From the NCBI GenBank assembly GCA_903885565.1, contig CAISJI010000055.1, positions 1,563 to 65,562 of the forward strand: DNA of 64,000 nt. Direction: 5' to 3'. Every line of letters starts with the position of its first letter. Position 1 is the stretch's first letter. Origin of the DNA: an uncultured Planctomycetaceae bacterium. GTDB lineage: Bacteria; Planctomycetota; Planctomycetia; Pirellulales; UBA1268. Under the pieces are notes generated by a model. The model did no database searches and was not told the origin of the DNA. It saw only the letters and a program-made list of their open reading frames with translations. The position numbers were made by a program, and so were the translations under genes. Below are positions 16,915 through 26,366 of the stretch, piece by piece.

Positions 16915-19191
16915 TCAGACAGCCCGCCGCGAAATGGTCTGCCGCCCTGCGGGAGCCGATGTCGCACCGTTGACAACTCCACCGAGAATCCGCACACCGG
17001 CAGAACGCAAGCGGTCTGCCGCGCTCACGATTTGGTGGACGCGACTGACGTCGATCATGCTCGAAACAATCGCCACGTCGCTTTGCTGGCCGATCAAGAG
17101 TGCATCGACAAACATCGAAACAGCCCCCGAATCAATCACGACGATATCAAAAGAATTCCTGAAACTCTTGATGGCATTGGCTAATTCAGTGCGGGCCAGA
17201 GCATTGACGGCCGCCTCATCTGCCGCCCCGCCAGCCACAACAAATAACCGCTCGATGCTGGTGGGCTGAATGACCTCGTCTGGCTTCATTTCACCACGCA
17301 ACAATTCGGCGAAGCCTGGCCCGGCCTCTACCTGGAGAGACAGATGAACGGTCGGGTGCCTGAGGTCTCCGTCGAGCAGCAGCGTGCGCTTGTCTGCCCG
17401 GGCAAGGCTCGCGGCCAATTGGGCGGCGAAGGTCGTCTTGCCCTCATGCTCTCCGGGGCTGGTCACCAAAATAACCTTCGGCGGCTCGCGACCTGACTGC
17501 AGGACGAATGTCCGGATGCTGTCGATGCTTTCGACCAACTGCGAATTCGCAGCGCGCTTCCGGGAGCGATTGAGCCTCGGTATCGAGCCAATCAGCCGCA
17601 GTCCGCCTCGTTTCGACATCTCATCAGGAACATTGAGTTTGTTGGTCATGTACTCCAACAGCACGACGATCGCCCCTCCCAACCCCATTCCCGCGACACC
17701 GGCCAAGGCGGCCAGCAGAATCCTTTTCTTACGGGTATCGCCGCCGGGCACGCTGGCCTCTTCAACGAGATTCACCCGCGCAGGGGAAGTGATATCGATT
17801 GAAGAGCTTTCCAACTGCAAGCCGATCTGATCAGTCACACGGGCAAGTTGGTCGATTTCCGCCTTCCGATTTTCAATGTCGGCGTTGGCCGTACCGAGGG
17901 AGGCCACCTCCTTGGCCACGCGGTCAAACTCCTCTGAAGCCTCTTCCAGCGAACGCGCCAGCGTATCTCGCCGCAGCTTCAGCACGGCGGGATTGACCGC
18001 CCGGCGCCCCTCGGCTCCACCGCCACCGGGCTGCACTCCACCCTGCCCAATGGCCAGCTTTCGCAGCATTTTTTTACGTTCTTCCATCATGGCGATCAGT
18101 TCTTCGCGCTGGGCCCGCATGCGTTTCACAACGGGCTCATTCGAGCCACGAACGCTGCGTGACTCCTGCACCGAAATGGCGGAATTGATCTCCGAATACC
18201 GCTTCATCATGTCCGCAATTTGAGAATCTCGAAACAGAGCCGCATCGACTGCCTGATCGACCCGTTCGTCAGCCGTATCCCCGTCCTTTTCGAGCGATTC
18301 CCGGATGGCATCATCCGTCAGCGTCTTTTCCAGCTCCAGAACAGAGAGTTCCGTGTCGATCGCCCGAATGTCCTGCTGGTTGCGCACAACCTGACTGCGC
18401 AGGGTCTGCAAATGGTCGAGGAGCAGGCTGCGTTGCGTGGAGACCTCTGAGCTGTCGCGCGTGCCGAGCGTCTTGGCCAACTCGTTAAACACCTCGCGGC
18501 GGCTGCGCAGTTCCGCCTGATTCTCCTTGAACTTCTTCTCGAGCATGTCCCGTCGGGACAAGCGCTCGGTGCGGTCTTTGTTGACGATGTTGTCGAGGTA
18601 GACGGCAGTGACTGCATTGAGAATTTTGATGGCGTCTTCTGGCGTTTGTGCCATCAGCTTCAACTGCATAACCTCCGACTCGGCCGGCGTGAAAACCTGC
18701 AACGAGGAGGACAGCCACGCGGCCGGATCCCGCTCCTCCCGCAGCGACCTGAGTTCCGCAATGCCGGGACTCCGGAGGGCAGAATTGATCACAAACGGAC
18801 TCTTCAGCAACTGCATCTGCGTCCGACGGTACATATCGTATTCACCGCTATCACGCCCGCCGAATGCCATGACGTCTGATTTGTTGCGCACCCGCAACCA
18901 GACCACCGCTTCATAGCCACCACGCGGCGCGAAGAGATAGGTGCCGACCGAGGCACACAGCCCCACCACTGTTCCCAGCACGACCGCTGGCAGCCAGCGA
19001 CGGCGAAACGAGTGCAGGATCCGGAGGATGTCTAAGCCGCCTTCCCCCTGCTCCTCTGCGGCGGGAGCCTGAGGAAGCATTTGCGGCTGCGGCTGGTAAG
19101 GAGCGACCGCAGTATCGCGAACCGCCAAGGAACCGACAGACGGATACTCCGCCACGGCAGCCCCCGGAACGGAAGAATTCGTATGGCTCAT
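16915..19191 (-). CDS. polysaccharide co-polymerase (Wzz-type chain-length determinant) fused to BY-kinase-like P-loop ATPase
   Basis: N-terminal Wzz-like TM/periplasmic coiled-coil region, second TM (LLAALAGVAGMGLGGAIVVLL), C-terminal Walker A SPGEHEGKTT, A' LLLDGDLRHP, B FDIVVIDSGA. No C-terminal Tyr cluster. The track ORF extends to 19236. Confidence 0.8.
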   Translation of the reverse strand: MSHTNSSVPGAAVAEYPSVGSLAVRDTAVAPYQPQPQMLPQAPAAEEQGEGGLDILRILHSFRRRWLPAVVLGTVVGLCASVGTYLFAPRGGYEAVVWLRVRNKSDVMAFGGRDSGEYDMYRRTQMQLLKSPFVINSALRSPGIAELRSLREERDPAAWLSSSLQVFTPAESEVMQLKLMAQTPEDAIKILNAVTAVYLDNIVNKDRTERLSRRDMLEKKFKENQAELRSRREVFNELAKTLGTRDSSEVSTQRSLLLDHLQTLRSQVVRNQQDIRAIDTELSVLELEKTLTDDAIRESLEKDGDTADERVDQAVDAALFRDSQIADMMKRYSEINSAISVQESRSVRGSNEPVVKRMRAQREELIAMMEERKKMLRKLAIGQGGVQPGGGGAEGRRAVNPAVLKLRRDTLARSLEEASEEFDRVAKEVASLGTANADIENRKAEIDQLARVTDQIGLQLESSSIDITSPARVNLVEEASVPGGDTRKKRILLAALAGVAGMGLGGAIVVLLEYMTNKLNVPDEMSKRGGLRLIGSIPRLNRSRKRAANSQLVESIDSIRTFVLQSGREPPKVILVTSPGEHEGKTTFAAQLAASLARADKRTLLLDGDLRHPTVHLSLQVEAGPGFAELLRGEMKPDEVIQPTSIERLFVVAGGAADEAAVNALARTELANAIKSFRNSFDIVVIDSGAVSMFVDALLIGQQSDVAIVSSMIDVSRVHQIVSAADRLRSAGVRILGGVVNGATSAPAGRQTISRRAV

Positions 19192-19301
19192 GGAAAACAC
19201 CCAGAAATGGGAAGAGTGCGGATCAGACAGGCGCACGCACCGCGGTTTGAGGCAGTCAAACTGCTCTCTCGAAGTTCACCGGGAACCCCCTCCAATATAC
19301 C

Positions 19302-20456
19302 TCAGCGACGCTCCTCTGGCACGGACTGCCCCTGACCTGCCGGATCAACCGGCAATGGAGCCGCTCCAAACCGGGGCCTCTCGGACGGACGGACGCCGCC
19401 GCCGCCGGCCAAAGTCACCAACCCCTTCTCCTCTTCGTAAAAGAGGTGCGACAGCGCCAACTGGACAAGATAGAGCATCCCCAAGGCCATGGGCATCATG
19501 AACCAGCCTGCCAAGTCGTGAAACACCATCTCGGCCACTTCCGAGTTGGCAAACTGGTAAAGGACTCCGGTCACGGTGATGCGAACACTATTGACGATGA
19601 GGGCAATTGGGATGGCGCTGGCCAGAATCGCGGCATTCTCGTACCAATCGTGCCCGCCCACGAGCACGAGGGCCACCGAGAGGGCGATGAAAATCGTGAG
19701 CATCCGCAGGCCGCTACACGCATCGACAACACCCATATGCATTTCACCCACGACGATCTGATTCCCCTCTCGATAGGCCTCCAAGCCCAGGGTCTGCAGC
19801 GCGAACGTGCTCACAATCGTCGCGACAGTCTGCAGCGGCCCGAGCAGATATCGAGTCGCCTCGTCGGGGAGCGGAAACATGAAAATCAAAAAAGCCAACG
19901 GTGCCCACGCCCAGCGAAACAGGCTCCAACCACCAAACAGCAGCACCACCCCGGCAAACGCCGGCACGAACGTGTACATGTCGATGGTGATGATCCGGAA
20001 TTTCGCCGCAAACAGCCGCAGTGCGAAGCTTGCGAGCATCAACCCCAGCCCCGCAGCCCGGGCAGAAAAAGAGACCGGCTCAAGAGGCTTCCACCACCAA
20101 AACAAGAGCGCCGCCGAAAACAGCGGCACAATCCAGCCGTGCGAATACTGCGGATTGGTCCAGCTTGAAGAGGCGTTGAGAAGCCCCGGCCCATAGCTGT
20201 AGACCAGAAGACAGAGAAAAAAAGCGATCGAAAGGAGGGGCCACCGCTGGTCAGGTTCCCGCATGGCAGCGGCCAAGGCCCGCCCCCGGCGCAAGGTGCC
20301 CTCCAAGAGCCCCTCGTCGTCCGCCCCCCCCCCGGAGGTAGCGCCGGCAGCCTGTGCAGGCACAGAGGTGGATCCCAGGGCGAATGGACTCATGGCAAAA
20401 GACTTCAAAGTCGGAATGGGGGATGGCGACAGCCAGTTAAGTATAGCAACTCCCAC
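19302..20456 (-). CDS. exosortase (EpsH/Xrt family transpeptidase)
   Basis: Polytopic membrane protein with YSHGWIVP, PLPDE, VVDACSGLRML (catalytic Cys context) and NSVRITVTG (conserved Arg). Co-located with PEP-CTERM substrates and EpsI. Start uncertain (alternative Met codons downstream). Confidence 0.85.
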   Translation of the reverse strand: MGVAILNWLSPSPIPTLKSFAMSPFALGSTSVPAQAAGATSGGGADDEGLLEGTLRRGRALAAAMREPDQRWPLLSIAFFLCLLVYSYGPGLLNASSSWTNPQYSHGWIVPLFSAALLFWWWKPLEPVSFSARAAGLGLMLASFALRLFAAKFRIITIDMYTFVPAFAGVVLLFGGWSLFRWAWAPLAFLIFMFPLPDEATRYLLGPLQTVATIVSTFALQTLGLEAYREGNQIVVGEMHMGVVDACSGLRMLTIFIALSVALVLVGGHDWYENAAILASAIPIALIVNSVRITVTGVLYQFANSEVAEMVFHDLAGWFMMPMALGMLYLVQLALSHLFYEEEKGLVTLAGGGGVRPSERPRFGAAPLPVDPAGQGQSVPEERR

Positions 20457-20639
20457 TGCCGCTGCATGTGGCCGTCGTGGCCCCTGAGGGAGCCTCCAGC
20501 CAGGTCCGGCCAGGGCCAGCCGGCCCTCCCGCCCCCCTCCTCTCCGCCAGATGGTTTTTCACACTTTTCCCCGTTTTCTCCGTCCGAAAACTGCCAATCG
20601 CCCGCCGAAAGGAGCCGGGATAGCCGCCACTGGAGGAAG

Positions 20640-21617
20640 TTACGGCATGACGCAGGCCAGCAGTTGATCGATCCATCGCCAGGCGAGTTGATGCAACCCG
20701 GCCGCCACCACCATGTCGACTCCGGCAGGATGGCCCCACACCAGCAGCCCGGCCCCACAGCTGGCTGCCTCCGTTTCTGTGCCATCTGACTCTGGCTCTG
20801 CCAAGGGCTGCGGGATCAATCCCCGCCTGATCGCCGCGACGATCGGCAGCAGGCCCGCCACGACCATCACGGCTCTCCAACCACAGGCCACGCCGAGCAG
20901 CAGCAGCCCCTGTCGCACAACGCTGCTTCCGAACCGTCCCAGCACAACCGCAGCCAGCAGTCCGAGAGCGGAAACGACCAGAGGCCTGAGCCAGCGAGGT
21001 GATTGCGGCCACAGGGGATACTGGGACAGCACACCAGCCGGCTGGAGGGCAGGCGCGATCAGCGCGGCCACACCGACAGCCAACAGCATCGCGAAAACCC
21101 AGCGCCCCGACACCCGGTGGCCATCCCATTCCAGAAGGGACCACACCAGGAGCGTGAGCAGAATGGCGCTGAGCATCAACGTGACCGCCACAAGCTGCCA
21201 GTCGGTGTGCAGCAGCAGCACGTCACTCCCGCTCCGTCCGCCGCCATACCATGGCCCCGGGAGGTTGCGTCCCCCCGACAGCAGCTGCACCGCCGCAATC
21301 CCCCCGACCCACCCCCCACACACAGCCTCCACGAGGGGATACCGCAGCGCAATGGGTGCCTGACAATCGCGACACCTGCCCCGCAGCCAGAGCCAGCCCA
21401 AGACAGGCACATTGTCGTATGCCCTGATGGCCGCTCCACACTTGGGGCAGTGCGATCCACCGTAGACCACTGATTCCCCAAGTGGCAGCCGATGCACGAC
21501 GACATTGAGAAAACTGCCCAGATTGGCAGCCAACACCAGCACCACTCCCGCCGTGGCGAGGTCTGGCAGCAGCCACCCCAGCTGCTCAAACACCGCGGCC
21601 GTCGTCACCATGCCCAT
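20640..21617 (-). CDS. prepilin peptidase (A24)-like membrane protein, probably catalytically degenerate
   Basis: N-terminal domain GSFLNVVVHRLPLGESVVYGGSHCPKCGAAIRAYDNVPVLGWLWLRGRCRDCQAPIALRYPLVE is a clear PilD-type zinc-ribbon/DiS-P-DiS region. The downstream TM region lacks a recognisable GxGD(F/V)KL motif. Confidence 0.65.
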   Translation of the reverse strand: MGMVTTAAVFEQLGWLLPDLATAGVVLVLAANLGSFLNVVVHRLPLGESVVYGGSHCPKCGAAIRAYDNVPVLGWLWLRGRCRDCQAPIALRYPLVEAVCGGWVGGIAAVQLLSGGRNLPGPWYGGGRSGSDVLLLHTDWQLVAVTLMLSAILLTLLVWSLLEWDGHRVSGRWVFAMLLAVGVAALIAPALQPAGVLSQYPLWPQSPRWLRPLVVSALGLLAAVVLGRFGSSVVRQGLLLLGVACGWRAVMVVAGLLPIVAAIRRGLIPQPLAEPESDGTETEAASCGAGLLVWGHPAGVDMVVAAGLHQLAWRWIDQLLACVMP

Positions 21618-21789
21618 CGCTCGATCTTCCCGAATGTCATGGTGTTGTGCCGGGAAAATCTGGTTCCACAGCCCTCAGGCAGGGCCGGCCAAGGTCTTCC
21701 GTCCCCCGCCAGCCGATGCCGCCGCTTGTATAAGGTACCGTATTCGGTCGCCCATCATCCACCACCACCACTTCCAACTGCTGGCATTC

Positions 21790-22806
21790 ATGATGTCTGA
21801 CGCCCCCCTCATCCCGGCATCCACCTCAATTGCGTCCTCCACTCCACGCGGTCGCATGCCACCGTGGGTCGGCCTGCTGCTGCGGGTGGGGGGCACAGCT
21901 GGACTCATGGCCTTTGCGCTCCGCAGCGTTGAGTGGCCGCAATTGTTCTCTCTTCTGCGAACCATTGACTGGGCGTGGTGGCTGGCGGCTCTGGGTGTGG
22001 CCATGTGCGTGCATACAATCGCTGCCCTGCGTTGGGCGGCACTCGCTCGCCCGATCGGGTTTCCTTTACCGACCAGCGTGTTCATCAGGCGATTTTTCGA
22101 AGGGGCTTTTTTCAGTCTCTGCCTCCCATCCTCGATTGGGGGCGACGTCATCAAGGCCTATCGACTCTCCGATTCCACCTCGGGCCGTCTGCTGGCAGGA
22201 TGCACCGTCCTCGCCGACCGGCTGGCTGGTCTGACTGCCCTCGGCGTGCTGGCAGGCACGGCCCTGGCGGCCACGGAATGGTCACTGCCCTGGTTCCAAA
22301 CGCTGCTGTTGGGAGCCGGCCTGCTGCTGGCGGCATGGCTGCCGATGCGTCTGGGCATCGCCTCACTCCCTCGGCTGGCCGGGGCTTTTTCAGAAGGTCA
22401 TCCCGCCAAGCGATTCATCGCCCAATTGCTTCCCTATTCGGAGCAACCAGGGCTGCTGACCCATGCCTTCCTCTGGAGTCTGTTGGTGCAGGTGGGATCG
22501 ACACTCACGGTGGTTCTGGTGGGGAAGTCTCTGGGAGTGACGCTGTCGCTGCTGACCTGGTTTGCGGTCGTACCCTTGGTAGCTCTGGCCATGGTGCTGC
22601 CGATCACCGTCAGCGGTGTCGGCATCCGCGAGAGTGGGCTGGAGTTCCTCCTGGCGCCCCACGGCGTGGCAGCCGAAAAAGCTGTGGCCATCGGCCTGCT
22701 CTGGTTTCTGACCACCATCTGCTGCGGGCTTGTCGGCGGCGTGCTCTTCCTGCTCGATCGCAATCCCCGTTACACCACCAAGCCGACATCCACCACCAGC
22801 AGTTAG
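21790..22806 (+). CDS. flippase-like / lysylphosphatidylglycerol-synthase TM-region family membrane protein (UPF0104-like)
   Basis: Start at ATGATG 21790 (MMSDAPL). Motifs ALRWAALARP...FFSLCLPSSIGGDVIKAYRL are typical of this family. Multiple TM segments. Confidence 0.65.
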   Translation: MMSDAPLIPASTSIASSTPRGRMPPWVGLLLRVGGTAGLMAFALRSVEWPQLFSLLRTIDWAWWLAALGVAMCVHTIAALRWAALARPIGFPLPTSVFIRRFFEGAFFSLCLPSSIGGDVIKAYRLSDSTSGRLLAGCTVLADRLAGLTALGVLAGTALAATEWSLPWFQTLLLGAGLLLAAWLPMRLGIASLPRLAGAFSEGHPAKRFIAQLLPYSEQPGLLTHAFLWSLLVQVGSTLTVVLVGKSLGVTLSLLTWFAVVPLVALAMVLPITVSGVGIRESGLEFLLAPHGVAAEKAVAIGLLWFLTTICCGLVGGVLFLLDRNPRYTTKPTSTTSS

Positions 22807-22882
22807 CTGTCTGCGGGAAGACTCGTTCCTGGCCCATGCCCGTTCCTGACAACCATTCACTTTTTCAGCGCGGCCCGGTGGA

Positions 22883-23440
22883 TCACCCGCCCGCCCTGCG
22901 GCGGCGGGCCTCCAGCAGCATCAGGGCAGCCACCGTCTTCGCGTCCTGAATGGTGCCGTCAAGGCACAGCGAGACCGCTTCCTCCCAAGCGACAACGCGG
23001 GGGCGAATCTGCTCTCCCGGTTCCAGCCGCTGCGGTCCCGGAGAGAGTTCTTCGGCCACGAACAGGGTCATCCGCTCCCGCAAGATACCGGGAGACATCC
23101 AAAACCGTCCCGCCAATTCCATCCGGCCGGCTGTATATCCGGTCTCCTCTTCCAATTCCCGCGCTGCGGCCGCCTGCAGGGATTCAACGCGATCGAGCGT
23201 GCCTGCTGGCAGTTCCAGGAGCGTCTCGCCCACCGCGGCCCGGACCACCTCCACCAAACACACCTCCCGCGGGGAAACAAACGGAGCGATGACGACACAG
23301 CCGGGATGCTCCACCACATCACGGGTTCGCACGGAGCCATCCGCGGCCTGTTCCTGAAGCCGCACAACACAAAACCGCCGCGTCTCCAGCAGCAGTTTGC
23401 CGCCCCGCTGCAGCGGTGTGGGGGAGTCGGTGTTTTCCAT
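22883..23440 (-). CDS. NUDIX hydrolase (ADP-ribose pyrophosphatase-like)
   Basis: Nudix box GTLDRVESLQAAAARELEEETGY fits GX5EX7REUXEEXGU. Confidence 0.8.
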   Translation of the reverse strand: MENTDSPTPLQRGGKLLLETRRFCVVRLQEQAADGSVRTRDVVEHPGCVVIAPFVSPREVCLVEVVRAAVGETLLELPAGTLDRVESLQAAAARELEEETGYTAGRMELAGRFWMSPGILRERMTLFVAEELSPGPQRLEPGEQIRPRVVAWEEAVSLCLDGTIQDAKTVAALMLLEARRRRAGG

Positions 23441-23473
23441 CTCACAATTCTCCGTTGGGCACTCCGGTCTGCT

Positions 23474-24553
23474 TCAATCCCTTTTTTCCAACCACGCCTC
23501 GAGCGGCAGGGGGGTGGAAACCACTCTGGCGGTCGCCCCCTCCACACGCACGATCGTGCCGGGCAGACTCGCCCGGGTGAGGAGCATGCCAAGCCCCACA
23601 TGCCCTCCCGTCAGCGGCGACAGGCAGGATGAAGTGATCACTCCCGCCACGCTGCCAGCCACATCCCCTCCCTCTTCCAAAATCCGCACTTCCGCCCCCT
23701 CCCGGAGCGGCGCAGGCAGATCAGTCGCCAGCGCCATGAGATGCCGGTTCACATGGCCCAAGGCATCGATGCGGGCGACCGTTTCCTGGCCGAGATAGCA
23801 GCCTTTGGTGAATGAGATGGAACTGCCGCCGCGCACCAACTCTTGGGGCAGGGCCTTGGCGGGGATGTCTTTCGGCAGCGGCAGCCCCTGCTCAATGCGA
23901 ACTGTGTCCATGGCGGCTGCGTCTGCCTCGACCACTCCACCCTCCTCGAACCGCGCGACCAACCGGTCCCAATCGAACGCCAAGCAACTGACCAGAAAGC
24001 TCCCGGTTCCGGCCCAATCGACCCGCGCCATCATGACCGGCACCCCGCAGAGCCGGACCTGAGCCCCGCCATCCTGCGTGGCCGTCTGCGGTCCGTGGAA
24101 CGAGTGGTTCAGCGTGTTCTTCGGCGGTGGGTGATCGCAATGGGATGCCAACCACTCAGCGGCGTCGGGACCTGCCACCACCAAAAATCTCCGCTCCGCA
24201 GCAAGATCGTGGAACTGCAATTGCTCGCGAATGTGATACCGCTCCAAGTGCTCGGCCAACGACCAGCCATCCACCCACGGTCCGTCGATCCAGAGCCCCT
24301 CGTCGCTGCGAAGCAGCCCAGCCCAGAGCAACACCCAGCCTCGGGCATCGGTGAAAAACCCCGGGGTTCCCTCACCGGAAAGCACCGGTTGCAGGGCGGC
24401 GGTGGTGAAAGAATCGACAAACCGCACCGCATCTCGACCACTCACAAAGAGCGCCGTCCTCCGGCCCAGATCGGCCCAGGCGACCGACCGCCGCAGACGC
24501 TCATACCCCGCTGGCGGCACGGAAGGGGCAGTGGTGGCAGGCTCGATGCGCAT
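23474..24553 (-). CDS. ygfZ: YgfZ/GcvT-like folate-binding protein
   Basis: FTKGCYLGQETVARIDALGHVNR carries the KGCYxGQE signature of YgfZ. The N-terminal aminomethyltransferase-like fold motif is DLGRRTALFVSGRDAVRFVDSFTT. Confidence 0.75.
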   Translation of the reverse strand: MRIEPATTAPSVPPAGYERLRRSVAWADLGRRTALFVSGRDAVRFVDSFTTAALQPVLSGEGTPGFFTDARGWVLLWAGLLRSDEGLWIDGPWVDGWSLAEHLERYHIREQLQFHDLAAERRFLVVAGPDAAEWLASHCDHPPPKNTLNHSFHGPQTATQDGGAQVRLCGVPVMMARVDWAGTGSFLVSCLAFDWDRLVARFEEGGVVEADAAAMDTVRIEQGLPLPKDIPAKALPQELVRGGSSISFTKGCYLGQETVARIDALGHVNRHLMALATDLPAPLREGAEVRILEEGGDVAGSVAGVITSSCLSPLTGGHVGLGMLLTRASLPGTIVRVEGATARVVSTPLPLEAWLEKRD

Positions 24554-24890
24554 GGGAATCCGCCGAGGCTATCACGCGGTATTCACATCCCGCGCGGGGT
24601 GATTCAGAAAAAATATTGATCCCGCGTGAACGCTCGGGAGCGGTCCTCCGTACTGAGTTCTACCGCAACCTGCGAAACGGCAAGGCCGAGGTGCGGCAAA
24701 CAGGGCTCTCGCCGCTGATGGCCAGAGCCACCGAGTGGATGAAATGAGGTCGGCAGGGGGGCCCAAGGGCCCGTTTCGGCGACGCATCGTGCCACCGAGT
24801 CTTTCTTTGTGTTCTCCCGTTCCGTTCGACATTGAGTGTTCCCCGTGCGCGCCTTGAGGGCGGCCGGAGTGTTTTTCAGAGGAGGTTCCC

Positions 24891-25556
24891 ATGGCCACTG
24901 TGCATTACGACACCGCTTGCCGCGACGGCTTCGACGACGCTGAGGATGGGCTGGGGAATCCATTCGCCGTCGCCGACTCCGAACACTCCGATGTGGTCCG
25001 GGCGGCCACCGAATATGACGCTCGCGCAGGCCAGGCAGAAGGCATGCCCAAGGCCGGCATCAGGCCGAGCGTCCGACCGGGCGTCCGACCGACCAAGGCC
25101 CTCCATCGCATCGCCGAGGTCAGGCAGCGGCAGGGGGTCACGCTGCGCAACGTCGCCCGTCGTCTCGGACTGGAGATGTCTGTGGTGCGGCGACAGGAAC
25201 AGCCCGACTGCGACGTGCGGGTCTCCGACCTGATGAAGTGGCAGGAGGTGCTGGAAGTTCCCGTCAGCGAACTGCTGGTTGAGGCAGAAGGGCAGCTTTC
25301 CGGCCCGGTGCTGGAGCGGTCACGGATGGTGAAGCTGATGAAGACCGCCGCAGCTATCCGGGAACAGGCGACGGCGGCGACCGGCCTGCGGCGGATGGCT
25401 GACATGCTCGTGGAGCAGGTCTTGGAGATCATGCCGGAACTGGCAGACGTCACTCCTTGGCACCATGTCGGACAGCGACGAACGCTCAACGATGTCGGGC
25501 GCACCGCGCAATGCCTGGTTTCGGAGGATGTGTTCCGCCGTCAGCCGGGGGATTGA
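24891..25556 (+). CDS. helix-turn-helix (XRE-like) domain protein
   Basis: RQRQGVTLRNVARRLGLEMSVVRRQE...DVRVSDLMKWQEVLEVPVSELL resembles an XRE/Cro HTH. The ATG is preceded by GAGGAGG with a 5-nt spacer. Confidence 0.55.
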   Translation: MATVHYDTACRDGFDDAEDGLGNPFAVADSEHSDVVRAATEYDARAGQAEGMPKAGIRPSVRPGVRPTKALHRIAEVRQRQGVTLRNVARRLGLEMSVVRRQEQPDCDVRVSDLMKWQEVLEVPVSELLVEAEGQLSGPVLERSRMVKLMKTAAAIREQATAATGLRRMADMLVEQVLEIMPELADVTPWHHVGQRRTLNDVGRTAQCLVSEDVFRRQPGD

Positions 25557-25726
25557 ACATGCCCTGACAGCGTGCAGGGGCCAGACTGAGGGGTGTCTGC
25601 GGCCCACGTAGCTGGCTTGTTCCGGCGGGCGGGGGCGTCTACCATCCCTGCTGTCACCCTGCGGTGGCCGCCTGCTGCGCGAGCAGAGCCTCACAACTCA
25701 GCGGGCGAGTGCTGTTTCGTTTCCTG

Positions 25727-26221
25727 CTACGAGGGTCCGCCACTGTGTTTTCCTTGCTGGGCGTTCTGGGCATCACGCTGATCCTGTTCCTCGTTGTGGC
25801 CGCCACGGCCCAGTTGATTCTGGGGAAGTGATCGCGCGGGCCGCACCGTTCCCACCAATAAAATGCCGGTGAAGAGGCCGAGAACTCCTCCAAAGAGGAG
25901 CCAGGCTGAGATCGCCAATCCCACATAATCGCGGAGCCACACCCGCAGCGGCGGCTCGGCGCTTTTGGGAATCTTGCGTTGCACCGGGCCAGCGGGGCCC
26001 GACTGCTGGGCCATATCGCGGCGGAAGGTATCCCAGTTCTCCTGTTGCCCGGGCTTCTCCAGATCGCGCAGCCACCCTTCCCGCACTCGCAGGAGCAGGA
26101 TGGGGGGCAGCACGAGGATGACCAGCCAGGCTGCCAGCAGCAGACCCAAGCCGAGCCTCGCCAGCCTGCCAGCGGCCGGACGGCCAGCACCACTGGGACC
26201 TGCAGGGGAGAAGTTTTCCAT
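25727..26221 (-). CDS. hypothetical 2-TM membrane protein
   Basis: Chosen among three overlapping frames because it has two clear TM segments (LARLGLGLLLAAWLVILVLPPILLL; GLAISAWLLFGGVLGLFTGILLVG). No family recognised. Confidence 0.4.
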   Translation of the reverse strand: MENFSPAGPSGAGRPAAGRLARLGLGLLLAAWLVILVLPPILLLRVREGWLRDLEKPGQQENWDTFRRDMAQQSGPAGPVQRKIPKSAEPPLRVWLRDYVGLAISAWLLFGGVLGLFTGILLVGTVRPARSLPQNQLGRGGHNEEQDQRDAQNAQQGKHSGGPS

Positions 26222-26366
26222 GCCTCTCATTCTCCAGTTCTTTTCCGGTGTGACAACCGCTCTGGCGACCCGGGGGAGGGATCGCTACTGTGGCCCCGGA
26301 GCAGACCGAGGAAAAAGTGATCCGCGGGCTGCCGATTCGAATTCCTTCCGCGAAGGAGCCGTCCGC

